From: Octopus bimaculoides
Taxonomy: Eukaryota
DNA: 64,000 bases
NCBI RefSeq assembly: GCF_001194135.2
Contig: NC_068991.1
Coordinates: 74,053,779 to 74,117,778 of the forward strand
Direction of reading: 5' to 3'
Below are positions 13,539 through 25,940 of this stretch, piece by piece; position 1 is the stretch's first letter; the number at the start of each line of letters is the position of its first letter. Made by a program: the position numbers and the translations under genes. The notes beneath the pieces are model-generated. The model did not search any database and was not told where the DNA came from. It saw nothing but the letters and a program-made list of their open reading frames with translations.

Positions 13539-13748
13539 AGATGTGTGCACATGTACGTACACATTTTTAGTGCAGACTGATGAAGATAGCATCAAAGGGA
13601 CCTGATTGAGTAAACAAAGCTATGACTTCACCTATAATGCTTCTCAGAAATAGGTGTGAGTTACAATTGCATGAATAAAGGAATATGTAAAACCTGTTAT
13701 CTATGCATTTTCTTTTATACATACCTACATACATGCGTCTTGGTCAGT

Positions 13749-14315
13749 CATCATTATCATCATCATTTAATGTCTGTTTTCCATGCTGGCATGGGTTGGA
13801 CGGTTTGACTGAGAGCTGGTGAGCCAGAAGGCTGCACCAGGCTCCAATCTGATCTGGCAAAGTTTCTACAGCTGGATGCCCCTCCTAACGCCAACCACTC
13901 CGAGAGTGTAGTGGGTACTTTTTGCGTGCCACTGGCACAGGTGTGAGTCAGGCTGGCCTGGCATCGATCATGTTCGGATAGTGCTTTTTATGTGCCACCT
14001 GCATTGGGGCCAGTCAGGGGGGTACTGGCATCAGCCACGTTCGGTTGGCACTTTTTACATGCCTTTAACACAAGAGCCAGTCAGGGGGTACTGGCATTGG
14101 CCACATTCAGATGGTGCTTTTTACGTGTTACTGGCATGAGAGCCAGTCATGGGGGACACTGGCCACAACTATGATATTGGTTTTACTTGGACTCAACAGG
14201 TCTTCTCAAGCATATCATATCACATGACCCATCAGGGGTACTCTTAACTGGGCCGGACATGCGTGGCTGTGATCTCACTTTAGTTGCAGGGTCTTCTCAA
14301 TCACAGCATATCTCC
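13749..14315 (-). mobile_element. RTE-tail-bearing non-autonomous repeat with about four internal tandem units
   Basis: Starts (cat)n ttaatgtctgttttccatgctggcatgggttggacgg; repeated gagccagtcagggggtactggca units. Confidence 0.65.
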
Positions 14316-14485
14316 AAAGGTCCTAGAAGACATGGTTGTGTGGTTAAGAAGCTTGCTTTTCATCCTTGTGGTTCCAGGTTCAATTCAACTGTGCTGCACC
14401 TTGGGTTGGTGTCATCTCCTACAGCCTCAGTCTGACCCGTGTCTTCTGAGTGGATATAGTAAATGGAGACTGTGGAAGCCTGTCA

Positions 14486-14692
14486 TATCATCATCATCAT
14501 CATTTAACATCTGTCCCACCCATGCCTGCATGGGTGGGACAGTTTGACAGGATTTGACCAGCTGGTGAGCTGCCCGAGCCCTATTTGTTCTGGCATGGTT
14601 TCTACAACCGGATGCCCACCGACCACTTTACAGAGTGTACTGGGTGCTCTTAATGTGGCCTCAGTATGGGTACTTTGCATGGTATGGCACAT
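14486..14692 (-). mobile_element. RTE-tail-bearing repeat
   Basis: (cat)n ttaacatctgtcccacccatgcctgcatggg...ggatgcccacc...cactttacagagtg. Confidence 0.6.
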
Positions 14693-14806
<114 letters not shown>

Positions 14807-14811
14807 TTATA

Positions 14812-15305
14812 GGCGCAGGAGTGGCTGTGTGGTAAGTAGCTTGCTTACCAACCACATGGTTCCAGGTTCAGTCCCTGTCTGTGTCACCTTGGACAAGTGT
14901 CTTCTACTATGACTTTGGGCCGACCAAAGCCCTGTGCGTGGATTTGCTAGGCGGAAACTGAAAGAAGCCCATCATATGTGTGTGTTTGTGTATGTATGTA
15001 TGTATGTATTTGTGTGTCTGTGTATGTCCCCACCACCATCACTTGACAACTGACGTTGATGTGTTTACATCCCTGTAACTTAGTGGTTTAACAAAAGAGA
15101 TTAATAGAATAAGTACTAAGCTTAGTAACTTAGCGGTTCAACAAAAGAGACCAATAGAATAAGTACTAAGCTTAGTAACTTAGCGGTTCAGCAAAAGAGA
15201 CCAATAGAATAAGTACTAGGCTTACAAAGAATAAGTCCTGGGATCAATTTGTTTGACTAAAGGTGGTGTTCCAGCATGGCCACAGTCAAATGACTGAAAC
15301 AAAAT
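14812..15305 (+). mobile_element. Full-length SINE family A with a 3 x 50-bp internal tandem triplication
   Basis: Head ggcgcaggagtggctgtgtgg; tail cagtcaaatgactgaaac; unit gtaacttagcggttcaacaaaagagaccaatagaataagtactaagctta starts at 15075, 15125 and 15175. Confidence 0.9.
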
Positions 15306-15315
15306 AAATAAATAA

Positions 15316-15364
<49 letters not shown>

Positions 15365-15372
15365 GTTGCAGT

Positions 15373-15574
15373 ATAATCCTGTAGCATTTAAACCAATCAT
15401 ATTTGGCCGACTGACCAGATCTGTCCTCTGACGCTAACCCTAAAATATCATTCTAAAAATTAACGGTTACCTCTTCAAAATCTCAAAGCTGCAAGATAAC
15501 ACATGATTAAATGAAAACAATATGAATAAGTAAGCATTACTTTTGACAGAATAATGTGATTGCTGAAGGGTTAA
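15373..15574. mobile_element. piggyBac-type MITE, family 2; others near 22802-22980 and 30310-30495
   Basis: Termini resemble ttaaccctttagcatt and aatgctaaagggttaa. Confidence 0.55.
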
Positions 15575-15665
15575 AGTATAATGTGTGGTTTTAATATGTC
15601 TGGCCTTTCTATATTGATGACCGGAGAATTCATGTGTCGTATTTATATACAGTATATTTGCAGAG

Positions 15666-15912
15666 TTTTGTTCATGTACAGTAGGCGGAACACCAGTTAA
15701 TACTGAAGTGTCTCCACTTTTAGGAAGAGGTCAGCCACTACTTGGTTGAGTAGCTAATTAAATTGCATCATTTGTACTGGTTTGTATCGCATACTTGGCA
15801 GGCCTCGATTCTATAACGTATTTAAGACAGCCAGATGATGACTGAAGGAACAGTGGAGTCTAAGAGTGTTATTGCCTCAATCTGTCTATGTGTGTCATTT
15901 TTCAGATTTGTA
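15666..15912 (-). repeat. Right arm of a long inverted repeat
   Basis: Reverse complement of 13315-13538, with an extra ~25-nt segment near 15865-15890. Confidence 0.9.
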
Positions 15913-16571
15913 ACACAGCACAGATACTTGACTAATGACATTCTCGTTTTTATTCGTCTAGAGAAGCACTTCTCTCTTCAGCTTTCTCTGCTCCTCTTAT
16001 TGGCTTCCATTTCTTCTTCAAAATTTCTCAAATGAAATTAGTAATTTTGTAATAGCCTGAAATTGACCATTATTAAAGGTACTGCCATGTTGAAACATCA
16101 CCTCTTTATAAGAAATATTTTGTACACATGCACAAATGCGTAGATGGTGCATCTGTCACGCATCTGAAAACCAGAATTTACAAATACATCTAACCCATGC
16201 AAGATGGATATAGGAAAACATTTTGATTTTTTTTCTCTAGGCTTCATGTGATTGTTCAATGGATTATCCATTAAATTAGTCATTGCTAAGCTTAATACTG
16301 TCTAAGTTAGAAAAGGATACTGTTTGAAATGGCACTTATCAGGAATTATCTGCAACTAGCTTGCCATCTTGATATTCTTTTTGAAATGGCATCTACAAAA
16401 TTCAGATCTGTAAATGATGCTAGTCATTTCTTAGTTGATGTTTATCTCCAGCATTTGTAGAAGTGGTACAGCCTCATAAGGTTTTAAGCTGACTAAGATG
16501 AGATTTTGTTGAATATACAAAGAAATTCATAAAAAGCATATCATATATATATATGGATAACGGATGTTAAA

Positions 16572-16613
<42 letters not shown>

Positions 16614-16958
16614 ATATGTTGGCTTTGCCTGTGTGTTAAACATTCTTTCTCCATTATAAAGGCATGTGTTTTAACTGAATGTATGTTTAGGTCTTTGGTA
16701 GGATATCAGTTGATCTCCTGAGGCTTATTGGTTACATTTTTGCTTCGGTCACAATACTGCCTACAGAAATTTATCTAAAAGCTGTTAATTTGGAAGCAGC
16801 AAATAGACGTTGCTTTAATATTGTATATCACTGTCATCGTCTTTTCTCCATGTTGGCATGGGTTGGACAGTTTGACAGTAGCCAACAAGTCACAATGTCT
16901 GCTTTGAATATGTGTTACATGCAAGTGGATTTAGTAGGGGGAAACTAGAAGTCTTTTA

Positions 16959-16993
<35 letters not shown>

Positions 16994-17219
16994 CCTTGCC
17001 TTCTTATTGTGTGATTTCTGGTATTCTATGAAAACGTGTCTGACCATGGAGGGAATATTACTTTGCTTAAAATTAGAATCCTAAAAGGGTTAGCAACAAG
17101 ACAGACATCCAAAACACCCTCAATAAACTTGGTCTGACCCGTACAAGCTTGGAAAAGTTGACATCAAAATGATTTATATGTATGTATCATTGATTGAACA
17201 TCCGCCTTCCATGCTGGCA

Positions 17220-17912
17220 CGGAAGTAAGGCCTAGAATCGAAGGGCCATCGAGTTAACCTAGCAAAAACCAAAGTCTTAGCAAGTAGGAAGGCAGACAAA
17301 TCACAAGTCCCTGCTCAATCTGTAGAAAAGATGTAGGTAGAAACTCCATAAGATGCACCCAGTGTAAGCTTTGGACACATAAAAGGTGCAACAATATCAG
17401 AGGAAGGTTAACAGGGAAAACAGCTTTTGTTGTGGAAGGTGCACAGGTACAATAAACACTGAAAATGTACAGAAAATAGACTCCATCAACTGCCAGAGAA
17501 GTAAGCTAGAAGTAATTGATAGCTTCTGTTATGTAGGTGATCGAGTTAGTAGCAGAGGTGGATGCTCTGGGAGCATAGCTGTGAGAATAAGATTAGGCTG
17601 GGCAAAGTTCCGAGAGCTCCTACCTCTGCTGGCAACAAAGGGCCTCTCCCTCAGAGTGAAAGGCAGATTGTATGATGCTTGTGTGTGAGCAGCTATGCTA
17701 CATGGTGGTGAAACATGGGCTGTGACAGCTGTGGACATGCATAAGCTTGAAAGAAATGAAGCCAGTATGCTTCACTGGATGTGCAATGTCAGTGTGCATG
17801 TTCAACAGAGTTAAAGCATCTTGAGAGTAAACTTAGGCATAAGAAGCATCAGATGTGGTGTGCAAGAGAGACAACTGCACTGGTGCAGTCATGTGATGTG
17901 TATGGATGAGAA
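17220..17912 (+). mobile_element. 5'-truncated, decayed RTE-type LINE (C-terminal RT region)
   Basis: With frameshifts and stops it translates to GLESKGHRVNLAKTKVL...PCSICRK...LEVIDSFCYVGDRVSSRGGC...RIRLGWAKFRELLPLL...KGRLYDACV*AAMLHGGETWA...LERNEASMLHWMC...RQLHWCSHVMCM, typical of RTE ORF2 (KTK, FCYLG, LYGxETW, LRWxGHV). Confidence 0.85.
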
Positions 17913-18470
17913 CAGCGTTGAGCCTCACGGGGGTAAAATGGTTGAGCTTCTTTTGAATGTTGGGCCTCACAAAGGCAATGACCAAGACTTTTGGCATTAT
18001 TTTGCACTTGGGAAGAAGATCCATGAAGCCAAGTAAAATCACAATTGTGTAAGATACCAGTGTCATGAAAATGGCACCCATGCCATTGGCATGTAAAAGC
18101 ACCTCTTGAGTGTTGGGCCTCACAGAGGCAAGGACCGAGACCATTTGGCTTTATGCTGTGCTTTGAGTGTTGCACCTCTCAGAGACAATTGCCGAGACCA
18201 TTTGGCATTATGCTACCCTTGAGAAGACGACCCATCAAGCCAAGTAAAACTGCAGTTGTGGAAGATACCAGTGTCACGCAAATGGCACCCGTGCTGGTGG
18301 CATGTAAATGCACCCATTACGCTCTCAGAGTGGTTGGCGTTAGGAAAGGAATCCAACCATAGAAACCATGCCAAAAGAGACTGGAGTCTGGTGCAGCCGT
18401 CCTGCTTGCCAGCCCTGGTCAAACCGTTCAACCCAGGCCAGCATGGACAACAGATGTTAGATGATGGTCG
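17913..18470 (+). mobile_element. RTE-tail-bearing repeat with internal tandem units
   Basis: Repeated units gagtgttgggcctcacagaggcaatgaccgagac and aagaagacccatcaagcc; ends in ccagcatggacaacagatgttagatgatg, the family 3' tail. Confidence 0.6.
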
Positions 18471-18503
18471 TGATCATTGTTTAACGTCCGTCTTCCATGC
18501 TGG

Positions 18504-18534
<31 letters not shown>

Positions 18535-18608
18535 ATAAATTTGTCTATTTACATAATATCGAGGTCTCATTCATTCTTTTGTCATACTATTACTATTAAT
18601 GAATACAC

Positions 18609-18649
<41 letters not shown>

Positions 18650-18883
18650 TAGGCACTTCATATTCAAGGCTCTGATGAAGCTATACAATATCCTGACACT
18701 CAACTAAGAGTCCACCACATAGCAGAAACAGTTGTAAGCTAATGAAATTCATAATGCAACCATTGTTTTTCTTGTGTCATCTCTTTTTCTTATTACCCCT
18801 CTACATTCATCTAACATTGTGTTCTGGACCAAACGTATATTGAGTTCTGCACCAGGTCATTAGTCTCACTATGCCTAAGTGAA

Positions 18884-18945
<62 letters not shown>

Positions 18946-19149
18946 GCAGACACACACACTAATTCATGCATAAGGTAGGCAACTGCTGTGGTCTTGTAAC
19001 TTTTGGAAAGTAATGTAGTTTTTTTTCTGTTTGTGGTCAGAAAGTCTTTGAACTTGTTCCTCTGTTTTCTAAATTGAAATGAATGTTATTTGTCTTCGAT
19101 TATCTTGGATTAGTCGTATTCCCTCATCAGAATGGACAGAAACTGTAGA

Positions 19150-19541
19150 ATCACCCACTTAAGGATTAATCATTCTGGCTGACACATACGTTCGTGCTGC
19201 TGCCGCCGCCAATTGCCAGCATCTTTCTGGCTTTGAATACTTCAGCTCCAGATCGATCAATACTAGATAGCTTCGTATAGCTAAAGAGCCTGCTACTGCT
19301 TCAGCCAGCCAACCAGCCAGCCAGCCACTCCACGGTCGCTACTGTTGCTGCCACTTTTTAGCAGAACCTTAGGCTGTTGTTGTATAGCTTCTTGTCCACT
19401 TTGCCTCTCTCTCTCTCTGGTCATTTTCAATTTTTAACCATTTCAAGTTTTCACCTCTTTTCTTCCCTTAGCATTTTAGGATACTGTTTTTATTTCATCC
19501 CTTATTGTCTCTTTTCTATATAAACGAAAACCAAATTAATT
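19150..19541 (+). promoter_or_regulatory. Putative alternative promoter and non-coding first exon
   Basis: CpG-containing non-repeat patch (gctgctgccgccgcc, (CAGC)n, CT tract) ending at donor ATT|gtaagt (19542); no ATG in phase with SRPK seen. Confidence 0.4.
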
Positions 19542-19931
19542 GTAAGTAATTGTTTATATGCTATTGTTTCTCCTTGTCTTTTTCCGTACATATAACATTT
19601 TCAGTTTTGTTTCTTTTTTTTTCCTTTTTCTCTCATTTTGTTTTTTGATTTTTTGCTACATGTGATATGATTATGACATCATGCTGCATTAAGTAACTCA
19701 CAAAGCCTCCCATGTAGATCTTTTATACTTTTTAGATTGAATAGCTACTATTTTTGCCTGTTTTTTTTTCTTTTGCTTGTTCAATGAAATACCATAGCTA
19801 CTTTTACACGTTTATGATTCATAGTTGTCGATTATTAAAAGCGTCCGCGTCACTCACCACCTGATGCTATTTCTCTAACTTGCTTTCGGGACATTTATTT
19901 CTCATTTGTTATTTTTCTCTAATTTTGCAGA

Positions 19932-19972
<41 letters not shown>

Positions 19973-20897
19973 GTGTGTGTTTGTGTGTGTTTTGTTGTAT
20001 CATTATATTTATAAAGATCCTTGTGTATGCCTTAATTTTTTTTCTCTCTCCTTTTTTGATAAGTGGATTTTGGTTGAATTTCAAGTCGTAGATTCTTCTA
20101 GTTAATTTAATATTCGTTCCCAGTGACTCATTAAATTTTGAAAGGCACTGCATCCCATGTCCATGTGCCCAGTGGAAACACATCCTGTAGTTCTTGTTGC
20201 CTCTGTTCTGTCTTGTAATTTGCTGTCAAAACGTATTTCAGAATATCACTTTTGTTCTTTTATAGTAAATTCTACCAACTAAGTAGGGGTTTCTTTTTGT
20301 AAACGAGCATGCTTTCTTTTCACCCCTTTATCTCTCAACTGCCTCTTCCTTTCTCTCCCCTCCCCCTCTCTCTCTCAATACTTTTGCTAGTATCCAAGCT
20401 TGTTTTTCGAGAACTTTAATTATAATTTTACTTACAATATACTAAGGCTCTTATCTTCGGTGGTCTGAGTTGGTTGACCTGGAAGTTATACTTAGAAGAA
20501 GCCCATTTAATGTAAGGGAAATTGGTTTGAAGTTATTTGTGGCAGCTCAAGTGCCTTGGCTCTCTTAGTCTCACTTTCTTGCCCTGACTCTCCTTTTTAA
20601 TATTTGTTCTCTCTCTTGCATATTACTCTCTGCAGACTGCTATTGTTCTGGAGATGAATAAGTTATTCTAAAGCTTTTGTTTTCCTTCTCTATTCTTGCA
20701 ATGGTACTGCCGTTATCTTTGAATATTATGTTAATTTGCTTTGCTTGACCCATCAGATATTACTTAAAAATATTGATTATTTTCCTAAAGACACCATCCA
20801 AGTAATTGTATTGATTTTTATCAATACCACTATAAAGATTCCTTAACATCGTATATTTTTATAGAATTGTCTCTTGTGCATTATAAAATCAGTGCTC

Positions 20898-20944
<47 letters not shown>

Positions 20945-22161
20945 ATTGATAAACACATGTTGAATAAAGAATTGTAAATGTTGTGGGGTTTGATTGCTAT
21001 TATTGATTGTTGTTATGCTGTTTTATATACTACATCAGTATGACACATCATTCCTCTGTTCTGGCTTTGTTTTTGGAAATCACTTAATTTGGCAGATGTT
21101 TCTGAATCTGTCATTCGAAGTAAATTTTAATTGCAGCATGTATGATTCAGACGTGGAATGGAAATAGAAAGACAAAGAAAAAATGAGACTATTTCCATGT
21201 TCCATATGGCCACACTTAAGAGCAGTTGGCTTTTATTTATCAATGCCATTTCATTCAAGTAAGCGCTATTCACATATCGTAAATTGAAAATGGTATTAAT
21301 GTGTGTTTGTGTACATTCTGTGAATCTGTGTGTATGTGTATAAATGGGTGTGTATTTGTGTGTATAAATGGGTGTGTATGTGTGTGTATATGTGTTTGTG
21401 TATGTGTGTAGATATGTGTACACATATGTGTGTGCATATATGTGTATAAATATGTGTATAATTAGCGTGTATATGTGTGTACATATTTGTGTAATGTACA
21501 ATAGTAGGTCTGTGTGTGTGTATGTGTACAAATGTATAAATGTATGTGTATAATTGTAGGTGTGCATATGTATATATATGTGTCTCCATGTGTGTGTGTA
21601 ATGTATTACATATCATTATCATCACCATCATTTAATATCTGTTTTCCATGCTGAGTTAGACACACCCACACACATACAATGTAATACCTCAATGGAAACC
21701 TCATCTCCGTGTATAGTCTGAAGAACAAGTTAGGAGTTTTTCGCTCTCTCTGTTTATAATTCTTCTGACTACAATGTAGAAATTTTAAAAAAATCTGCCT
21801 TTAAACACACTTTTACATTGATTGGTGTTCATACTGTTGTTATAGGCAAGTATTACCACCCTTAAGTTAATTGATTGTACAATATTGACATAACGATGTT
21901 ATGTCAATAACAATAACAGTGTTATAACTGTGGTCCTTTTCTCAGATATAATGTAAAAGAGCATTTTGATTTTAAGTATTGTTTATTAGGGTGTAGGACT
22001 GTACATCAATAAATATGGTTTTTAATCTTCTCCATTCTCCTTTTGTTATTTCAATAAAACAGATTTAAAATGATTCATTGTTGTATCTTGCAGACATCTC
22101 GCTTTTGTTAATGGGTCTTAATTTTAACTGATATTTATTTATATGACTCTGAAATGATGTT

Positions 22162-22402
22162 TTAACCTCTCTGGTACCTTCGTACCTGAGACTGTCTTTG
22201 GTTTTTCTGATACAAACTTCCTGTTCTAAAATAATCGAAATTAAAACCCTCCATCTAAAATTCTTGGTGATTTATGTTCCAAATATTAACTTAATTATAA
22301 CAAAAAAAAAAGTTATTAGTTTACTAATTTTTCCTTGTTTTCAAAATTAACTGAAACCCAGGCAATTCATTTCAGAGAGAAATTTGGTAACAGAAGGGCT
22401 AA
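22162..22402 (+). mobile_element. piggyBac-type MITE, family 1; others near 8597-8740, 9236-9420, 23950-24120 and 56270-56430
   Basis: ttaacctctctggtacc...ggtaacagaagggctaa, with the same internal sequence as 28142. Confidence 0.6.
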
Positions 22403-23339
22403 TAAGGTTATTTTGGTAAAATACTGAGCGGAGGTTTATCACTCTTGTTGGAAATAAGTCAGAAGTTTTTTCACATTACTTTCTCAACATGCTTTCATAC
22501 ATTTTGCTGCATACGAGTGCTATGGTTGCTACCATCTTCCTGTTTATCATTAAGTTTTTCTTTTGATGTTAATTTCTCTGTTTCTGTACAGTTTTGTGAA
22601 ATGGCAGTTTGCTATGAGTGCGCTATTTCAACAACAGTGGAAAACGAAATGAAAACGATGAAGCAAACCCCAGAAACTCAAATGAATTTATGAGCAGAAT
22701 TGAGCATTCTTCCTGTTGGTCAATTACAGAATTTAGTCCACTAGTGTTGCTTAATCTGAAATAATACCTGTAGGGGCGGAGGAACCCCTTCAAGCAAGGA
22801 CTTAACCTATTGGCATTTAAACTGATCGTATCTTTTTCCTGTTCAACCTGGCCAAATCTGGCTTCTCACACTTACCCTACAATGTCATTCTAAATATAAA
22901 CAATCACATCATTGAAATTGTGAAGCTACAAGGCAATTGCACGATTAATTAAAAGCAGTGTGATTATTAAATAAGCCTTACATGGTGACAGTATTATTTG
23001 AATGGTAGAAAGTTGAAGTGTTTTATATCTCCAGATCTGAAAGAGAGAGTTACCAGTGCTAGTGTCCATCTGCTTCTTCTTGGACTCAAAGAGGTGGAAT
23101 TTTGCTGTTGTTGGTAGGAGAGCAGAAACCAAATGTATTGTACTCTTGTTTACATCACTGTAACTTAGCAGTTCAGCAGGAGAAACTGTTAGGCTCAGTA
23201 CCAGACTTAATAAAAAGAAATAAGTACTGGCATTAACCATGTTTGGATGGTGCTGAGTATCTGTTAGTCTTATCCAACTCATGCTTGCATGGAGGGGTGG
23301 AGAGGAACATAAAAACCAATCACACACACACACACACAC

Positions 23340-23388
<49 letters not shown>

Positions 23389-24135
23389 TATCTATGTTTG
23401 TGTTTCCTTGCCATGACAGCTTGTGGTTGTTGTTTCATTTTCGATATTCTGAAAATCATGTCTGGCTATGAGGAAATATTTCCTTGCTTGGAAACTGGTA
23501 AGGGTTGGCAGCAGGATGAGAGCATCCATCTGTAGAGAATCCAACCCAACAGCAACCATCTGACCCATGCAAGCACAGAAACATGGGTGTTAAAATGGTA
23601 ATGATGATGAATGTATATACATATATGCATGCGCACACACACATGCTTGTTTCAACCAGAGCCTGTGGCCATGTGGGGATACGACTGTGTGTGTGTGTAT
23701 GTAAACCATTGTGTCTGTTCTGTCTAAATGTAACCTTGTTGCACACTGAAAATCAATAAGACAAAGTGCTAGACTGAAATTAGTCCTGGGGGTCAATCGG
23801 ATTGACTAAGAGCTCTGAAAGTGATGACCTGTCATCACTGCAGTCCAGTGAATGCAATTCAGTAATGCAATACGAATAAATGAAAAGTGTGTGAGCAATC
23901 ATTGAAATTACTAGATAAATCAGCTCTGTCCCCTTTACCAAGTTTGTATTAACCTTTGGCGACCTACTGGATGTTTGTTAGCCCAGGAAATATGTAATTA
24001 TTTCAACTTTAACCCCCTCAATGCTGACCTGTTTGGCATACCTCTGGTTCTCTAGTACAAACTTGTTAGCAATCTAAATAGAATTTTCTCATTAAAATTT
24101 CATGTTAATTTGTTTTCCAAACGTTGATCATTATT

Positions 24136-24495
24136 AAGTGCAGGTATGGCTGTTTGGTTAAGAAACTTGCCTTGCAACGGCATGGTTTCGAGTTCAATCT
24201 CATTGCACATCACCTTGGGCAAGTGCTGTGTACTATAGCCCCTGGTCAACTAATGCCTTGTGAGTGAATTTGATAGATGGAAACTGCATGGAAGCTTGTT
24301 ATGTGTGTATGTATATATTTGTTTTTGTTTTTTTTTCTCCTTCTGCCACCACTTGACAACAGTTGTTGGTTTGTTTATGTTCCTGTAATTTTCTCATTAA
24401 AAAGAAAGGAAAAAAAATGTTCTGCGTTGATTTATATAACTAAACTCTTTAAGGCGATGCCCCAGCATGGTCACAGTTCCACAACTAAAAGATTA
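24136..24495 (+). mobile_element. SINE family A
   Basis: Family head and tail motifs. Confidence 0.75.
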
Positions 24496-24629
24496 TTATT
24501 GAAATTAAGTAAAGAGATAGTATTTCAACGGAAATATAGTAACAAAAGTACTGTTCTATGTTTTAGATATGAGGAGTTCTGTACATTATTTACATTGGAT
24601 GGATACGTGTCCTCATCTTATTTGTTGTT

Positions 24630-24675
24630 ACCTCAACGTTTCGGCTGATGTACTATCCAGCCTTCATCAGGTGTC
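24630..24675 (-). ncRNA. Second, more degenerate hammerhead motif (inverted copy)
   Basis: Reverse complement reads GACAC-CUGAUGA-A-GGCUG(gauaguacau)CAGCC-GAAACGUU-GAGGU; helix I has two mismatches. Confidence 0.45.
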
Positions 24676-24817
24676 CTGGTAGAATTTTGAACCCAACCCT
24701 GGGTACTCATTCTTAAGTTTTTTTTGTTGATGTTATTATTATTATTTATTCAGAGCACTGCCCGGAATTGAATACCTTAGGAATAAGAAGCCAGGGTTGG
24801 GTTCAAAATTCTACCAG

Positions 24818-24863
24818 GACACCTGATGAAGGCTGGAGAGTAAATCAGCCGAAACGTTGTGGT
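24818..24863 (+). ncRNA. Minimal type-I hammerhead ribozyme motif of Penelope-like-element type
   Basis: GACAC-CUGAUGA-A-GGCUG(gagaguaaau)CAGCC-GAAACGUU-GUGGU: catalytic core, 5-bp helix II, palindromic AACGUU helix III, helix I with 4 of 5 pairs. Confidence 0.55.
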
Positions 24864-25940
24864 AACAACGTCAGCATGATACAGTCGTGTAATTAAGCCT
24901 AAGGAAAAATATATCACTCAGTGAATATCTTATGGATAAAATTATGAACGGTGTTGGCTGTCTTCAACTGTTTTGCTTGTTTTGTTTAGCTAATGGTTGG
25001 GTTTGAAAGAATTTCACTTGCTTAAAACAAGAAAGGATAATGGTTTAGGATTTTTAGCCTATCTCGTAGTGTGGTTACTCTCTAAATTTTTTATATAAGT
25101 GTCTATATTTTCATGTGTTTGGGAGAATTTGATTTGGGGCACTGATGCTGTCATGTTGTGGGTTTGAATATCTCGTCGCTAATAATGTTATGACGATGTT
25201 GGGGTGTGTACAAGGGTGAAGAATTGGCATTATCCAAAGAAATATTTGGATATGGTTATCTAGAACAAACTTTTGCAGAATTAATACGTTCACACAGAAC
25301 GTGCTCTGTACTGTGCCAAACGTAGGTACGATATTAAACTAACATCCAATACCAACGATCAATGCTGTCAATCAAGTCCAACAGTTCTTTATTTTATTGA
25401 AATGCATCAGTCCACTTTTAGTCACGAGGGGGTGGTCAGGATCCTTTCACAACACTGTCCATTATGAATTCATTATTTTCTAGAAGTTGGTTCAGACTTA
25501 AAGCTGACATGTTTCGTGCTGAGATAAACCAACTGCATAAAATGAAACACTTTCTTGTAGAGCAGGTTAATTTAGCCATTTTTCATTTGGTTCTCAGCTC
25601 AAATGTTGTTGATTTTCTTTGCAGCCTAGGAGTAGCTATTCGGCTGTGCATGTGTGCTTGTTCCTGTGTGTAAAAGGGAAAATGAAGAATTTTTGTTGTT
25701 TTCCATAGAATCTTGAAAATGGTGATAACAAATTCTAGAAAAACTGACAGAGGTCTTTAACAATTCACTAAATTAAAATTTGAAGACATAAATTTGGATT
25801 ATTGTTAAATTCATATCTTTTTGTGTTTGGCTGCTTTTTTTTTTTTTTTTTTTTTTTTTTTTGTATTTTATGTATGTTTTAATTTTCTTGTGTGAAAATT
25901 TTGAATATGAATTCTGAATTAGGTATTTTGTCTTGAGGAA

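Larger units (their letters stand above)
24560..24872. mobile_element. Penelope-like element remnant (inverted pseudo-LTR pair)
   Basis: 79-bp inverted arms 24624-24702 and 24791-24869 (3 mismatches by eye), each carrying a hammerhead core, a known PLE pLTR signature. Confidence 0.55.

Noticed and set aside
14812-14880. tRNA-like sequences with A and B boxes (many copies)
   Set aside because: They are SINE heads followed by SINE bodies; no cloverleaf or anticodon arm, so not tRNA genes.
15075-15224. CRISPR-like periodicity (also 61697-61797)
   Set aside because: Head-to-tail tandem repeats without unique spacers, in eukaryotic DNA.
20636-20661. Strong acceptor ctctgcag with ATG AAT AA before gttatt
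   Set aside because: The donor is poor.
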